Shown here piece by piece: positions 10,650-23,365 of a stretch of DNA of 64,000 nucleotides. The notes beneath the pieces are model-generated. The model worked only from the letters and a program-made list of their open reading frames with translations, searched no databases and was not told the origin of the DNA. The first letter of the stretch is position 1. The number at the start of each line of letters is the position of its first letter. The stretch comes from Eukaryota sp. GEM-RC1. Taxonomy: Eukaryota. A program made the position numbers and the translations under genes. The DNA lies in NCBI GenBank assembly GCA_040285855.1, contig JAUFOQ010000004.1, forward strand, positions 1,860,001 to 1,924,000, written 5' to 3'.

Positions 10650-13600
10650 TTATTTAAATAATTCACTGATCAAATTTTCCACTAATAGCCTTGCAGAAGG
10701 CACAATTTCAGTGTCATTAAGCCCATTATAGAGCTCAGAATTTCGTAATATCAACTCAACATCGGTTTTCAACGCAAAAGCATGTCTATAAGCTTTACAC
10801 TGCAACTTACATATAATAGTAGAAATCGACATTGGCATTGGTACTATTGCAGAATACCCAGGTGCGATCCTATCAGTTGGAGTCTCTTGAAACATGTTGA
10901 ACTCATCAGAATCCTCAATTAACCGACTAATGATATTAAAAGCTAATTCGCAATATTCCATTGATAGATAGCTGGGTGACACGTCACAAGGTGTTGTAAT
11001 CTTTTTGGCGGGAGAATCGTGGGGAATGATGTCCCATGGTGAGACAATTAATTGAGTGTGGTCAGACTTAGCTGATACGAATTCAATGCAAATGGTATTG
11101 AATGCATCTGACAAAGTTGAATTATTTGAAGAATTTTCAATTATTTTGGCTTCTCTTCGACGACCCAATTTTGATCCTGTAGAGCTCATCAGTGATGATC
11201 CCAGCCAATAACACAAAGGAACTGAGTGCTCAGAAGAGGAAAGAGACGAAATATACGAGGGCAAAGGTGCATCACTATCTGATAAATACTTTCTAAATTC
11301 AAAAATATCTTGGCCCTGAATCTGCGGATATCCAGTATGTCTATTAACATACACAAAATCACCTTCCTTAAAGGAAAAATCATTATTCAAATCTAATACT
11401 TTTGCCGGCAATATGTAAGGAAAAGGAGGGGCCAGAACAGACTCGATTTGAAAGTCTACAGTGCGAGCAAAAGGAGTTAGCTTTGGTTTGAGTCGGTCTT
11501 TAGGATCAGCTGCTTGATTGGATTTCCTTCTCGTGTTGAGTGACGGACAAGTATAACGTGATCGCCGACGGAGTCTTAACTCTCTGGTACTGGAATAGGA
11601 AAGTGATGGTAATGATGTAGGTGATGGGGGACAATCAGTGATCTCTTTTAATGGGGCGTCGGTTGATGAAAAGTGAATACAACTTGAGATTAGAGGAAGA
11701 CAAGATTCTGGGTAATCACCGGTAACAATCTCGAAATCAATTGTTTGAATTTGCCCCTTGACCATTGGATTAGTTTGATGATCGATTTCTAAATCAGGTA
11801 AGACGGTACACAAAAAACTAAAATATTCCAATAATTCCTGTCTCGTCACGTCACCTTTAGTCGACATTCGATGATAATACCCTGAAAGTAACATTATACG
11901 ACAACTCTCAATTGTAAGTGAATGCAGAAAAGGAAGGTAAACCACGTCATCACCTGGCTGAGGGACAAATCCACAATCAGACATATTTGACCATCCATCA
12001 CGTGAGGTGATAGCAAGTGATTCTAATGATGGCAGTTCAACTGGTTTCGACTTGACGTTTCTTGGTCTCTTTTGTTCCTTCTGCTCTTTTACATCGTGAG
12101 CTTGGTGCTGAAGTCTAATGATCTCTTCCATGAACTCCTCGTCACTGCTATCTGATTGATTGTCTGACACGTCATCAGTTACTACTTTGTCAAAATCAGG
12201 ATGTTCGTAGTCAACTTCCTCATGACGGTATGATTGGTTTATGATTGAGTAAGAGCCATCCATAGAATCCATCAATTGTCGACGTCTCCTTTTAGCTGGA
12301 AGTACACCAACGGGATCAAGTTCTCCAGTCCTGCGACTTCTTCGTGGTTGACGTGATTGATGGCGAGTAGAGCTCATGGAAGTTTCTACCTGGTTTATAA
12401 CCAAGGGAATGTGAACCGATGCCGATGGGTTATACGACAAATCATCATCACCATCGTCGTCGGTGATCTCTTCTTCATCGATCACGTCATCAATCACATC
12501 AGCTTCCTCGTCATCAGGAATAAACTCTCCTTCATCACTTTCCATTTCTGGATCAGTGAAGTCGTCATCAGGAAGGACAAGAACGTCCGAAACAGGATTG
12601 ATTGGAGGGATTACGTTTACATTGGGAAGAACTGGCGGGGAAGGTATTGGAGGTGGTGGTGGTTCTATTACAACTTGTTTTTCATGTAATAAACCAGATT
12701 TTCCACTAACAACCTGCTTTGAATTGAAAGAAATTGTAGTTTGATAGGAAAACCAACGTTGATTGACTCCAGGAAACTCATTTTCAACTCTTGCCCAAAA
12801 CGGACAATCATGAAGCATCTGCTGTAAAGTTCGCTCATGTCGAAAATTGATAATATTTAAAATACACGGGAAAAAGTACGATTGTGGGACTCTATCCTTA
12901 TAAGGCTCAAACCTAGCATTACAAAGAGCAGGTTGCTGAGTGGGAGTTTGCCTGTAACCGAGATCTGACACGTGATATGATGGCATGTCACGTTGCACAG
13001 CAGCAAAATAGGGATCATTTTGACCGAATTGTTCTAGAAATATAGAACCATAGGGAACTGCTTTAGAATAGGAAATGTTGAAGAGTGCAATGGTTTGATG
13101 ACCGGCAACTGCCAAAACTGCGGAATCATTGGAGATCGCTGATTGGCAGAAAGTCGTTGGAAGAGGATCAGAAAGATCGATGCAAATACTGGAAAGCTGT
13201 TTTCCAGTTACAATATTGAATAATTTGACAGTCGATCTGGAACCTGACGTTATGATGACGTCATCATTAAGTGGATGGAATTTCATAGCAGGCAGGTCTA
13301 TTCCAATTACATCAGTATCGATTTTGAAGGAGAAATCTTCAATTGCCACGTCATCAACACTAAACACGTTATAAAACACCGATAAAAAAAGCAATTTGAG
13401 TAGTCGTATCCACAAAAGAAACCAAAACTCGACGATTCAAAGGGCAAACAATCGCTTCTGAAACCACACGATACTTTAGAGCTTCAAAGGAATGTGATGT
13501 CCAAGAAGAGATCATCATCACGTCATCTGTTGACTTTCCAAGACTGAAACAAGCAAGGGATGAATCTCTGTAGACAACGACTAACATAGAATTATCAGAA

Positions 13601-14644
13601 GTCGTTAACATTGCTGAAATAAAACGTTCATAGGGATCATTAAACGTCAGCACTGGAACCTCACATTTGCTATTTTTTAAATTTGTTGAATAAATCTGCT
13701 GATACATTGACCAAAACGCTACAATTCCATTATGAGTTCCACCTATAACAACTCCATTAATTAAATTCATTGCCACAACTCCCTTAAGAGCAGCTCGATG
13801 TCTACCCGCACGCCCAATCTCAACATGTTTCCAAGATACGGAAAGGAGAGAGAGTTACTGCAGAAGAACAGTGAGCATCATTGAGTTTCCCAAGGTTAAA
13901 TAACTTAATCGTACCATCCTCTGAAGCAACTGCTAAAACACGTGTTTCTGAGTCGGTGGCAACGTCGTAAAACGAAGAAAATTTAATACTGGTAATATTG
14001 AAATGAATAGGTGACAACGTGTATGCCAATACACCATTATGAAGAAAGAAAACATTGGAAAAGCCCAGCGAATCACTTGTAGCAAGAAGTAAGTTATCAG
14101 AAGAGATTGAAAGGTCAGTTATAGGATTTTGGTGAACTCTGAGAGACATTCGAAGTAAGCCAGTCTCAACGTTCCAAATCTTGACTAGACGATCTTCACC
14201 AGCTGAGACTAGGAGGAGGTTGGAATGGTCGAACAGAAGAGAGTGTACGGTGTTGAGATGGCCGTCGAAGTATTGGCGTACAGAGAGAGGAGGTGTGGGA
14301 ATGGGGGGAAGAGAGAATGATGGTTGAAGATTGGAATGAAGGAGGTTGTATGAGAGAGTATGAGATGTGGGTTGAAAGAAGGCAGCTGTAGTAGTCCATG
14401 GAGTTAGTTGTGATGATGGAAGAGCATTAGAGAGAATTGAGGATAGTGTATTTGAAGGAACACGAGATAATAGCCAGGAAAGATGGTTTTCGAGAGTGGA
14501 ACTGGTACAAGAGTCAGAATTGGGTAAGAGATCAGCCAAGGATTCACTGTCTAGTAAGGACTGACGGATGACGTCATAGGCAGATGGAAAGAGTGATTTG
14601 AGATATTGTAGAACAACTAGAAGTTCCTGAACAGCATTGCTCAT
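10650..14644 (-). CDS. BRWD/PHIP-like WD40 and bromodomain protein, split by two frame breaks
   Basis: WD40 (GHLNTVH...SAGEDRLVKIW), FVPQPGDDVVY (PHIP-like), and a C-terminal bromodomain (APGYSAIVPMPMSISTI...NSELYNG). Breaks near 13840 and at the A7 run near 13385. Confidence 0.85.
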
Positions 14645-15489
14645 CAATGTGGTATTGTTAGAGTTGTCCTTGACACATAAAAGATGAATTGAAAATTTAA
14701 TTAAATAAACAACATCAGCAAAAATACGCAGCCACAAAGTGTTAGATGAACTAACTCTGAGTAAAGGAGCGACACCTTGTCCTTAAAGTACTTCTTTGGA
14801 GTTGAATGACGCCGCACGCAGATTGCAAGACAAAAATTCTATTTAGTTAAAAGCACCACATTTTGTAAAACACATATGTTAGTCTTTCTGCAACCCTTTA
14901 CTGCCGATGAATCACTGTCTCGTCGGGGTTTTCATGTTGCATATAGATAAGGTCGTTTGTGTCTTCGGTTAATGATTTCTGTTCATTATTCGATCGTAAA
15001 CTATGACAACAGCCTCACCTTAACAACTGTTCATACACGTTCATTGTTTGTTGCGATCTGATACATGTTGTGGACAGTATTGTCTTCAATTGTGGTTAGA
15101 TGAATAGATAACCTTACCCAAATTGGATTTGCATTCGTACTGCCTTACAGTTGCATGGCAGATTGTAAGATTTCACTTGCTTGCTCTCTTTGCAAGTCAT
15201 TCATGTTTCATCATCATCAATTTGTTTCTTGTGTTCTGATCGTTGTCATACAACCATCATTCTGTTGTTTCTCCATCTCCAAACAAAGACTGGTGTATGG
15301 GAATCAATAGGAAAATATCAAAGTTATTGGTGTTGTAGTACATTATTAAACCAAAGAATTAACGAACAACTGCAATAATTCAAAGTAAGTAGCGTATGCC
15401 CAAACAATCAGATACCTGTATTCACATCATCAGAATAATAACTTAAAAATGACTTTGAGATCATTAGTTTCAAGAACAAAACCGTTTAC

Positions 15490-16405
15490 ATGACAGTCAC
15501 TTCCCATTTTCCTATCCTTTTCATACTTTCAGTGGGAATTGCTGCCACTCTTGCACTTGCTGATGACCACTTGTGGGGTGCAACTATCGGTATCGGATTC
15601 AATGATCGACGAGATTCGAAAATCATCCGATTTGATGCATCAGGAAATGCTACTCTAGCGTGTCCATGGCAGTTTGGAATCAGTACTCGTGGGGTTTTCC
15701 CTGATACTTCTAGAGATCGTCTACTTGCAGCTACGGAGTTTTCCAGGACCACAATGGTATACACTTACAAGTTGGGCACATGTGATGTTACAGTCTCGCC
15801 CTATCAAATTCCTATAGCCAACCCCTTAGCTCTCCATTGGTCTTCAGTGGATAATGGTTTCTACTTTGCAGGATTTGGAAGAAACCATACCCTTATCGGT
15901 ATGATGCCATCTCTATCTCATATCAGTCTACTTTTCCATGTATGGTGGTGGTCTCAAACAAATCGTAGAGATCCCAGATATTGTCGGCTCCTCCTCTGGA
16001 ATAGATGGGTCTGCTCTTAGCTCTGATGGAGAACTTCTCATACCAGCAATTAAGTCTGATAACACCAAAGTCACCTTCGTCATTGATGTTAACAGTAAAG
16101 CGGTTGTTGGTCAATTCAATGACCATCTCATGAATCTAGAGTTTACCCCAGATGGAGATGAGCTTCTCCAAGCCAAGTCTGGTTCCATCTTCAAGATTTT
16201 ACCTACTGGCCTTAGAGTTTCTATATGTGAGAACGTGTTCAAGGCTATTCCAGTAAAAGGTGGATTCACTGTCTCTCAACAATTAGCTTACGTGTTGACT
16301 GCTGATTGGAAAGGCACCTATCTCTGGACTATTGATTTGAACACTTGTAAAGCTTCCATGTCTCAAATGGGCATTACTCCTTGGTATATGCAGATTCAAT
16401 TGTAA
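15490..16405 (+). CDS. Secreted or surface protein of unknown function, possibly beta-propeller-like, ~295 aa, one probable 28-nt intron
   Basis: Hydrophobic signal peptide. Removing 15899-15926 (GTATGA...TCAG) joins the two ORFs in frame. Confidence 0.7.
15899..15926 (+). other. Probable 28-nt spliceosomal intron
   Basis: GT-AG ends with a GTATG donor; removal restores the frame (HTLI-V-YFSMYGGG). Confidence 0.6.
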
Positions 16406-16715
16406 ATATTTATATTTTTGTCATTGTTGCATTTATTACAAAATTGTGACTCACTTTTTCGATAAGAATGTGTATGATGTTACACTAACAAACAACAGAT
16501 CTACAAGTACACGGGATTCTACTGAAAGATCCATGGATGTCATAACGGAGCAGTAATGAAGAAAGTCCAGGATGAAACAAACCTGTAAACACCTGACATC
16601 ACTACACGTCAAACAAACAGAAAAAAAACACAACTTGAAATGAGTCCTGCCCCGATTGAGACGTACTATGAGAACAGTACTCATTAAAAAAGATCAACAA
16701 TGTCACAGACGGATG

Positions 16716-17270
16716 TTACTTCTTTGGTTTGCTTTTCTTGCCAGGATCAGGACATGAACTTAGGGGAAGGAGATTCGGAGGCTCCGGGACTGTAAGTAGC
16801 ACTGTATCATTAATGTACAAAGGAGGAGGAAGAGCAACGCAGTGAGTGAATAAAGACGGTAGCAGAAGTGGTCCTTGTAGTAGCAGATCCATTATACAGT
16901 GACCTGCTTCTCTGTCATTTTCAAGTTGAGGTAGAAGATCATGAACATAGAGAGCAATGTCACGTTGACATATATACCCACTGTAAATGACATGAAGTAG
17001 TATGTTGAGGCAAATGGAACCTGATCTGTTAGTGATTGCGCGTTCGTGAAGATATGAAGCATAGTGGGAGATGAGATTTCGACAAAACACATTGCATGAC
17101 TTTAAGGAGGTGAAGTCTGATGCTAGGATCGAAGCAAAATCGTTTTCAGTTATGGAAACTAAGCATTGAAGAGGTTCAGGTCGGGAACCCATTTTTGTTT
17201 GAAGAAATCTTCTCAATTGCTCTACATATACAGTAGATGCAACAAGAGATTCTCGTCCCCTCGTTTTCAT
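16716..17270 (-). CDS. Hypothetical protein, 184 aa
   Basis: ATG-initiated ORF with coding-like composition and a Pro/Lys-rich tail. Family not recognised. Confidence 0.6.
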   Translation of the reverse strand: MKTRGRESLVASTVYVEQLRRFLQTKMGSRPEPLQCLVSITENDFASILASDFTSLKSCNVFCRNLISHYASYLHERAITNRSGSICLNILLHVIYSGYICQRDIALYVHDLLPQLENDREAGHCIMDLLLQGPLLLPSLFTHCVALPPPLYINDTVLLTVPEPPNLLPLSSCPDPGKKSKPKK

Positions 17271-18371
17271 TTGTCACAGAACAGTTGTTGTTAGTCATGC
17301 TTTGATTTTAAGAGATTCATATTATGTTTTAGGGAATATGATTCTGATGTACGTACTCCCTAGATCAATGGCTATTAGAGTAAATTGTATTTTGACAGGT
17401 ACGTATTTCAAAATGAAACATAAACCTATCCAACACCTACCTTAATACATCACATGTAGGTATCTATGCTCGAAGTTGATTAAAGAAATGTTCGGACGCA
17501 TACACAAATTGTCTACTTATGTTCTCCATGTATTTTTTTCGCTTCCAAAAATATAAGTGTATTTAATTCAGGTTTGTGTATGCCATCTTGAACTTTTTAG
17601 ATGAGTTTTCTAAAACATTTAACTTAGCATGCAAAAATATCACTGGTAGATGAAAAGTTGCGCAATATTTCCTGTTATAGAAAATAACAATATATACCAA
17701 TCGAACAGTTATTATCTATAACCTCTACATTATCACAAACCCATGCTACTGATGGAATATGTGTAGACATTCCATCCATGTAGCGTCTAGTCGGACACAT
17801 TATCGTAGCCAACATTATATCAAATATTTAGAAATTTTGAAGTGGCCTTTAAAAATCAGCAAGAATGCAAAAACTCATTTTGAACAAAATATTAAAAATA
17901 TCTTACTATGTCCATCACATTTTGGTTCAGTTTAGTCACTTTATGACTAAACTGAATTGTGACAGTAAACTTCTGATATGTGACAGTGACAGTTCAATTT
18001 TCCTTCAAAAAGATGAATATACACAATCACTCAAAAGATCTACGTGTCTGCATTTATTATTTTATAAAAAGAGCCTCCAAACTCCTCAAATTTAATGAGT
18101 ATATAAAAATGATCAAAAAACGAAAACGGTGAGCCATGTTCAATGAGTCTCTGAATCGCCACTCATGTTCTGTCCAGACGTGACTATGAACATAAAGGTG
18201 TAGATGCATTGAAAAAATCAAGAGGCTACATCAGATGATGTCACTATCACTATCTCTATGACAAAGACCATATTCAATGACGGCAGAGGGTTTTGACTTG
18301 GTTTGACTGATTTAAAGTTGAAATCTATTTTGTGCGGCAAAAACTTACACTTACTCATCGGAATAGAACTC

Positions 18372-18999
18372 ATGTCAGACTCAAACCGATCTACTTCACC
18401 TGAAGAAGAATCTTCCCCTTCTCAATCTAAGACTGTTTCACTTGGACAATTACATGCTCAAAAGACAGCTAAAACGGCACAAAAGACATCCCTTAAAACG
18501 GCTCAGAAAACAACAAAGCCAGCCCGAAAAAAGCACCAAAGAGGTAGCAGTAAAAACTGCTGGGAAAAGGCCTGCAGGTAAGTCAGTTAAACAACCTGCT
18601 AGAAAAACACATCGAAGGGCACCTTCTCAGGGGGGCAGTGAGAGCAAAGAAGCCTTACCGTTACCGCCCAGGTACTGTAGCTCTTAAGGAAATCCGCAAA
18701 TACCAAAAGTCAACGGAGCTTCTTCTCCGTAAACTTCCTTTCTCTCGACTTGTGCGTGAAATTGCACGTGATCAAGGAGGAGATACATTAAGATTCCGTA
18801 TGTGAATTATTCATACTTCTAACCTATAGAAAGTGTAGCACTAGAGGCTCTCCAAGAAGCTGCTGAAAACTATCTTGTTGGATTATTCGAGGATTCTAAT
18901 TTATGTGTATTACATGGTAAAAGAGTTACGCTGATGGTGAAGGACCTGAGCTTAGCTCTTCGGTTAAGAGGGGATCATTCATGGTTCCAAAGCAAGTAG
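18372..18999 (+). CDS. Histone H3 variant, probably centromeric CenH3/CENP-A
   Basis: Reconstructed fold: [95 protein letters not shown]. Needs intron 18798-18829 plus removal of one base each at the A6 run (~18530) and G6 run (~18632). Confidence 0.85.
18798..18829 (+). other. 32-nt spliceosomal intron
   Basis: GTATGT...TTCTAACCTATAG; removal restores the conserved LRFQS of the histone fold. Confidence 0.92.
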
Positions 19000-19768
19000 G
19001 TGTGTTGGTGATTTCGTTACAACAAACAATTGTATATTGTCTTAATAAGAATAATTGTACTAAAACATAATATCTTCGTAGTTTAAGGTCTAATACAAGC
19101 AACTTTAATACATTACAAGCATACACTTCACAAACATTATTTCTGTATTGGAACTTTGGTTCTATTGGCATCTCCTCCAAAACCTTTTTCATTTACCTCT
19201 CGACTTTTTCCACTGAGTAGAAAAGTACAACTCTACTTGAACTTGAAGACGATGGTAGAGTTTCTCAAATGAGTATGTTCAAACTCGAATTTTCAGTGAT
19301 TAAATGATGTTTTAACAAATGGAATATTGGTCTTATTGATGCTTGCTCAATGTGTAAACTGAACTAGTACAAGTAATGTTTGTTCAAAAGACGATGTAAA
19401 CGATTAAGTCAAAATCGGAATACAATATTTTAACGCAATACACATGCAACAAACATATATTTTGAAGAATATTACTAATAAGTACATACTGAACTGAATT
19501 ACTGTCTAGTTTGCCTTGTGATTGAAGCGAATCGCTCAGTTAAGTAAACCCAATTGACATGAAGGCAATACGTTTCAAAGAAGTGGATGAACAAAGGACT
19601 AGGTTGATGAACCCACTTTTTGAAAAATATAAATCGTCAACATTGAAACAGTGTGAGCAAAAAAGTATTTATACCAGATCATCGTGTCTTATCAAAATGA
19701 TCAAGAAAACAACCAACAAAAGATGAAACTTTGAAAAAAACTCCATCAATCAACAATAAAACACACAA

Positions 19769-22030
19769 TCACCGACAAACATTCATAAAAGCCATCAACC
19801 AATCATCCCTAGTGCACTCACTTTCCACTCCAAAAATCAACCTCACGTCATCTCCACTCACACTCCAAGAGAAGAACCCACCACTAGTTCCTTCATTCTT
19901 AGCTGTACATTGAGCAATCTTAAAGGTATGTGAATCTGGTGATAGAGCAGATGACGTCTGTGAAGCAACGATAACAGAGCTTGCAGCTAAAGTAATGAAT
20001 CTACGCACCCAAGATCCATTATCAGCAAGAATATACACCCACCCGCTTTTATCGCAGAAATCAAATGACGATACTTGCCTTGTTGATGAGGATGGTGATT
20101 GAGCTTCAGGCTCTTTACTGGTCTGATTAATGACGTAATTGATTGCTCTCATCCAATCACTCATATTTGATTGAGATGCGCTTGATAACTTGAGCCCTTC
20201 ATTATCACTTTCGGAAGGTACATACACTTCAAAACAATTCGACCGTTCCCCATCCATAAATCCAATCACTCTGACCCCCAAGGTCAAATTAAACGTCTTC
20301 ACTGGGTCTAAATCCTTCTCAGTATAGTAATAACTTAAAGTCTTTCTAGCAGCATCCAAAGCGAACCAACGCTCTTTCCACTTATTCTTTGTAGTCTTTT
20401 TGTAGAGAAATCCAGTCAAATAATAATGATTGGTATCACGTGAGGGTCGTTTTGCCTTGGGTATTAACCAGTTGATAAAAGGAGAACTTCTGCGTTTTCT
20501 GACTGAGAAATGTTCAGAAGGAATGGGATCTGATAGGAACACGTGACTGTCGATGATTGATTGAGCTCTGGGTCGTGGATCAACGTCATCACTTTCCATT
20601 CTTGATGGATTTTGAATCTCGCGTTCTAGTTCTACAATTCGTTGAGATTTGTTCTTTAATGTTTTAACAAGAGCTGTTTTGATTTCTTCAGATTGGCTAC
20701 GTTCAAGCAACAATCTCTCAATCGTAGCAGAACAACGACAAGTAGAACTCAATGACGGTCGGATTGCCTGTGATGACGACAGATCCGCATTTGCAAGGAA
20801 CAAATCAAACTGTGAATCCCAATCAGCTCCCAATTTGGCAGTTAAAAACTCCTTTAACAAAGAAACTTCCAAAGTCCTCTCTGACAACTCACCTTTAACA
20901 TTCTTCAATTGATAAGTTAAACTCTCAACGCTTTCCACCTTGTTTTGTTTAACAAAGTTCTTCACTCTAGCCACTCTAGCAGCGAACTGTAGAGTTGAGA
21001 CAGTCTCCATCAGATCATCACCGTCCATTGAACAATTAGCTAGTACTAATGAATGTGAATTACCTCCCAAGGAATCCCGTAGAGCTAGAGTGAGTTTGGA
21101 ATCACGATAGGGAACGTGAGGGCTCTCGTCAACGATTGCCCTGATCACGTTTCCCAAAGTGGAAAGTGATTGGTTGATCTTTTTAGCTTCTTCCAGTCGA
21201 ACACCTTCCACTTCTGTACGAGAAACACGTTCTGAACCTGCCAAATCTGATACATTGAATCGTGATGTGATTACATACTTACCATTTTCATCCGATACAG
21301 TCTTAACCAAGCTAATGATTGCCAGTACATGTGATCTTGATGACGTGGCGTTCATTCTAGTAGAAGCAGTAATCCTCTTATTAAGACCTCTGGTAACCAT
21401 ACTCATGAGTTCCTCAGAAGAAGAAACAATGTGACAAGAAAGATTCTGGACAAAGATGCCTCTACTGACATCTTCTCTAATGGCAAGGGGAAGATTGTGG
21501 GAAGAGAGCATGTCAGAGAGAGATTCTTTGTATATTTCGAGGAGGGATATTGAGACAGAATATGAAGAGGAAGAGGTGTCAGAAGAAATGTTGTCAAAGA
21601 TTTGGTTAACAGCTCGAGGGAATATTCCTTGTAGTGTAGGGTCATAAAGAGATTCTAGAGAGGGACCAAAGAGAGAGAAGGTTTTACCAGAGCCTGTTAG
21701 GCCATAACTGAATATAGTAGCATTGTTACCATTGAAAAGTCCGTCTACAAGAGATCTTACAGGTTGATAGACTTGGCTTTGAGTGCTGTAAGGTAAGAAA
21801 ACACAATCAAAAGAAGATTGATGCAGAGTCTTCACAGAGTTCTTTACAATGATAGTGTGAGGGAGTTTGTTGATGTCAGTTTGTTGTAGAGGATCAACTT
21901 CGCCTTCAGAGTTGAAGAATTCAACCAAAGGAATGTCCTCAGCATTTAGCATAGATGGAGGAGCATTCAGTGCAGAGAGTTCATGGCGAGAAGGTCGGAA
22001 TCTGCAATAGACCTTGATTGATGTTTGCAT
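19769..22030 (-). CDS. Kinesin: N-terminal motor, coiled coil and two PH domains
   Basis: GLTGSGKT, NATSSRSH, DLAGSE, HVPYRDSKLT. PH-like segments GFLYKK...WKERWF...DWMRAI and GWVYI...WVRRF...DWLMAF. Confidence 0.92.
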   Translation of the reverse strand: MQTSIKVYCRFRPSRHELSALNAPPSMLNAEDIPLVEFFNSEGEVDPLQQTDINKLPHTIIVKNSVKTLHQSSFDCVFLPYSTQSQVYQPVRSLVDGLFNGNNATIFSYGLTGSGKTFSLFGPSLESLYDPTLQGIFPRAVNQIFDNISSDTSSSSYSVSISLLEIYKESLSDMLSSHNLPLAIREDVSRGIFVQNLSCHIVSSSEELMSMVTRGLNKRITASTRMNATSSRSHVLAIISLVKTVSDENGKYVITSRFNVSDLAGSERVSRTEVEGVRLEEAKKINQSLSTLGNVIRAIVDESPHVPYRDSKLTLALRDSLGGNSHSLVLANCSMDGDDLMETVSTLQFAARVARVKNFVKQNKVESVESLTYQLKNVKGELSERTLEVSLLKEFLTAKLGADWDSQFDLFLANADLSSSQAIRPSLSSTCRCSATIERLLLERSQSEEIKTALVKTLKNKSQRIVELEREIQNPSRMESDDVDPRPRAQSIIDSHVFLSDPIPSEHFSVRKRRSSPFINWLIPKAKRPSRDTNHYYLTGFLYKKTTKNKWKERWFALDAARKTLSYYYTEKDLDPVKTFNLTLGVRVIGFMDGERSNCFEVYVPSESDNEGLKLSSASQSNMSDWMRAINYVINQTSKEPEAQSPSSSTRQVSSFDFCDKSGWVYILADNGSWVRRFITLAASSVIVASQTSSALSPDSHTFKIAQCTAKNEGTSGGFFSWSVSGDDVRLIFGVESECTRDDWLMAFMNVCR

Positions 22031-22599
22031 TACTGATGGTTGAAATGTGTGATGTTCTCATTTTCGTTTAACCAACTGACAATCCTTTGTCGTCCACCTT
22101 ACTCTATAAGCGTATTTCCGTTCATTATGGTTTGAATTAAACAGTACTGGTTGTTTGACATTTTACTGAATCATTTTGTTTGATATATATTGATGTTTCT
22201 AGTTATCAGTTCATCGCTTTCTGTTGAATTAAGTTCACAATTTAAACAGCAACGTTTTTTAAACACATTTAATTTATTGTAAATGTAATAGACTAAACAA
22301 CTAAAATTTGATATCACTAAAACAACACCCGTCGCTGTCAAATCTTACAACAGCTTTGACCTCATTAAAGAAACTCACAGCTAATAAAGGAGATATTAAA
22401 GGGAATTGTTTTAAAAATAGTAAAAGTGATACGATACAACCATCACATATGATCAAAACGTTTGAGCATCCTATTTTTTACGATTTTTCCGAAATCGTGT
22501 AAAAAACACAACAACACTTCCAATAATTTAATAATAATTGCTAGTCAGTCAATGGTAGGTGAAGAGTGTATGTTTGAAAACAACAATTTAATACTGAAA

Positions 22600-23365
22600 T
22601 AGTCTCTGAGTTGATGTATTTTTCAATTGTCATACATTTCTGAGCTCGTATGTGATAACAAATAGTTGTAATGAAATCTCTGTTATTTTCTGTCAACACT
22701 GCTAGCTGATAAGTATATTTGTCAGGTAACGGAGACAGGAAATTATAAATTTCGTCATTATACTTTTCATCAATAGCACATTTTCAATTGTGACGAATTA
22801 TTATATTTCAATCAGTAGTCAAGCTTACGAAAATAATTTTTAAGCTAACTTTGCTTGTTCATTTTATGATATATTTAATACCCCAGCAACCTCAATGATG
22901 AAACAATTGTTTGATCAAATACAAATCAACAGTCTTTTGAAGTCATTCTGAGAACTATTTCATATATCACCCCGATGGACTGCATGAATACCACAAACAG
23001 ATAACAATATTTAGAAACTAACCATTTGTTTCCGTTCAATCTTGATGCTTCCCCAGGATCAACTATCTGGTCTTTATGTACTTTAATACAATGTCTTTAG
23101 GAGGGACAATGCCGAAATATTGTCAGAAATCCGCTTCTTTTGGGTAATTTCATGGGTGATAAGAGTTGCATTGCTTTAGGTACAGGGTTCTGTTCGCAAA
23201 GTAAATTGAAAATGCAATTATATCACTGATGAAGGAGCCATTGCTTTAGTTGAAGCATTGGTAATGAATTTTGATGTCTCAATTATTGATCTGCGTGATA
23301 ATCCCATTGGTTTTAACAAAGAGATTGTCCGATTCTCAAGTCACCGAATTCAATGTTCCCGTTAA
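22600..23365 (+). pseudogene. Decayed member of the LRR family
   Basis: Residual NYITDEGAIALVEALVMN...IDLRDNPIG near 23215-23310, with stops and shifts. Upstream part resembles the 981 gene N-terminus; boundaries approximate. Confidence 0.6.

Noticed and set aside
13817..13857. Possible 40-nt GT-AG intron at the first BRWD break
   Set aside because: No branch motif or GTATG donor; the adjacent CT dinucleotide run explains the break equally well.
18578..18602. Possible 25-nt intron GTAAGT...CTAG in the H3 variant tail that would also restore frame
   Set aside because: It yields an un-histone-like [15 protein letters not shown] segment, whereas one fewer A near 18530 gives ARKST...KTAGK...PARKT. 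No branch motif is present. Not fully excluded without cDNA.
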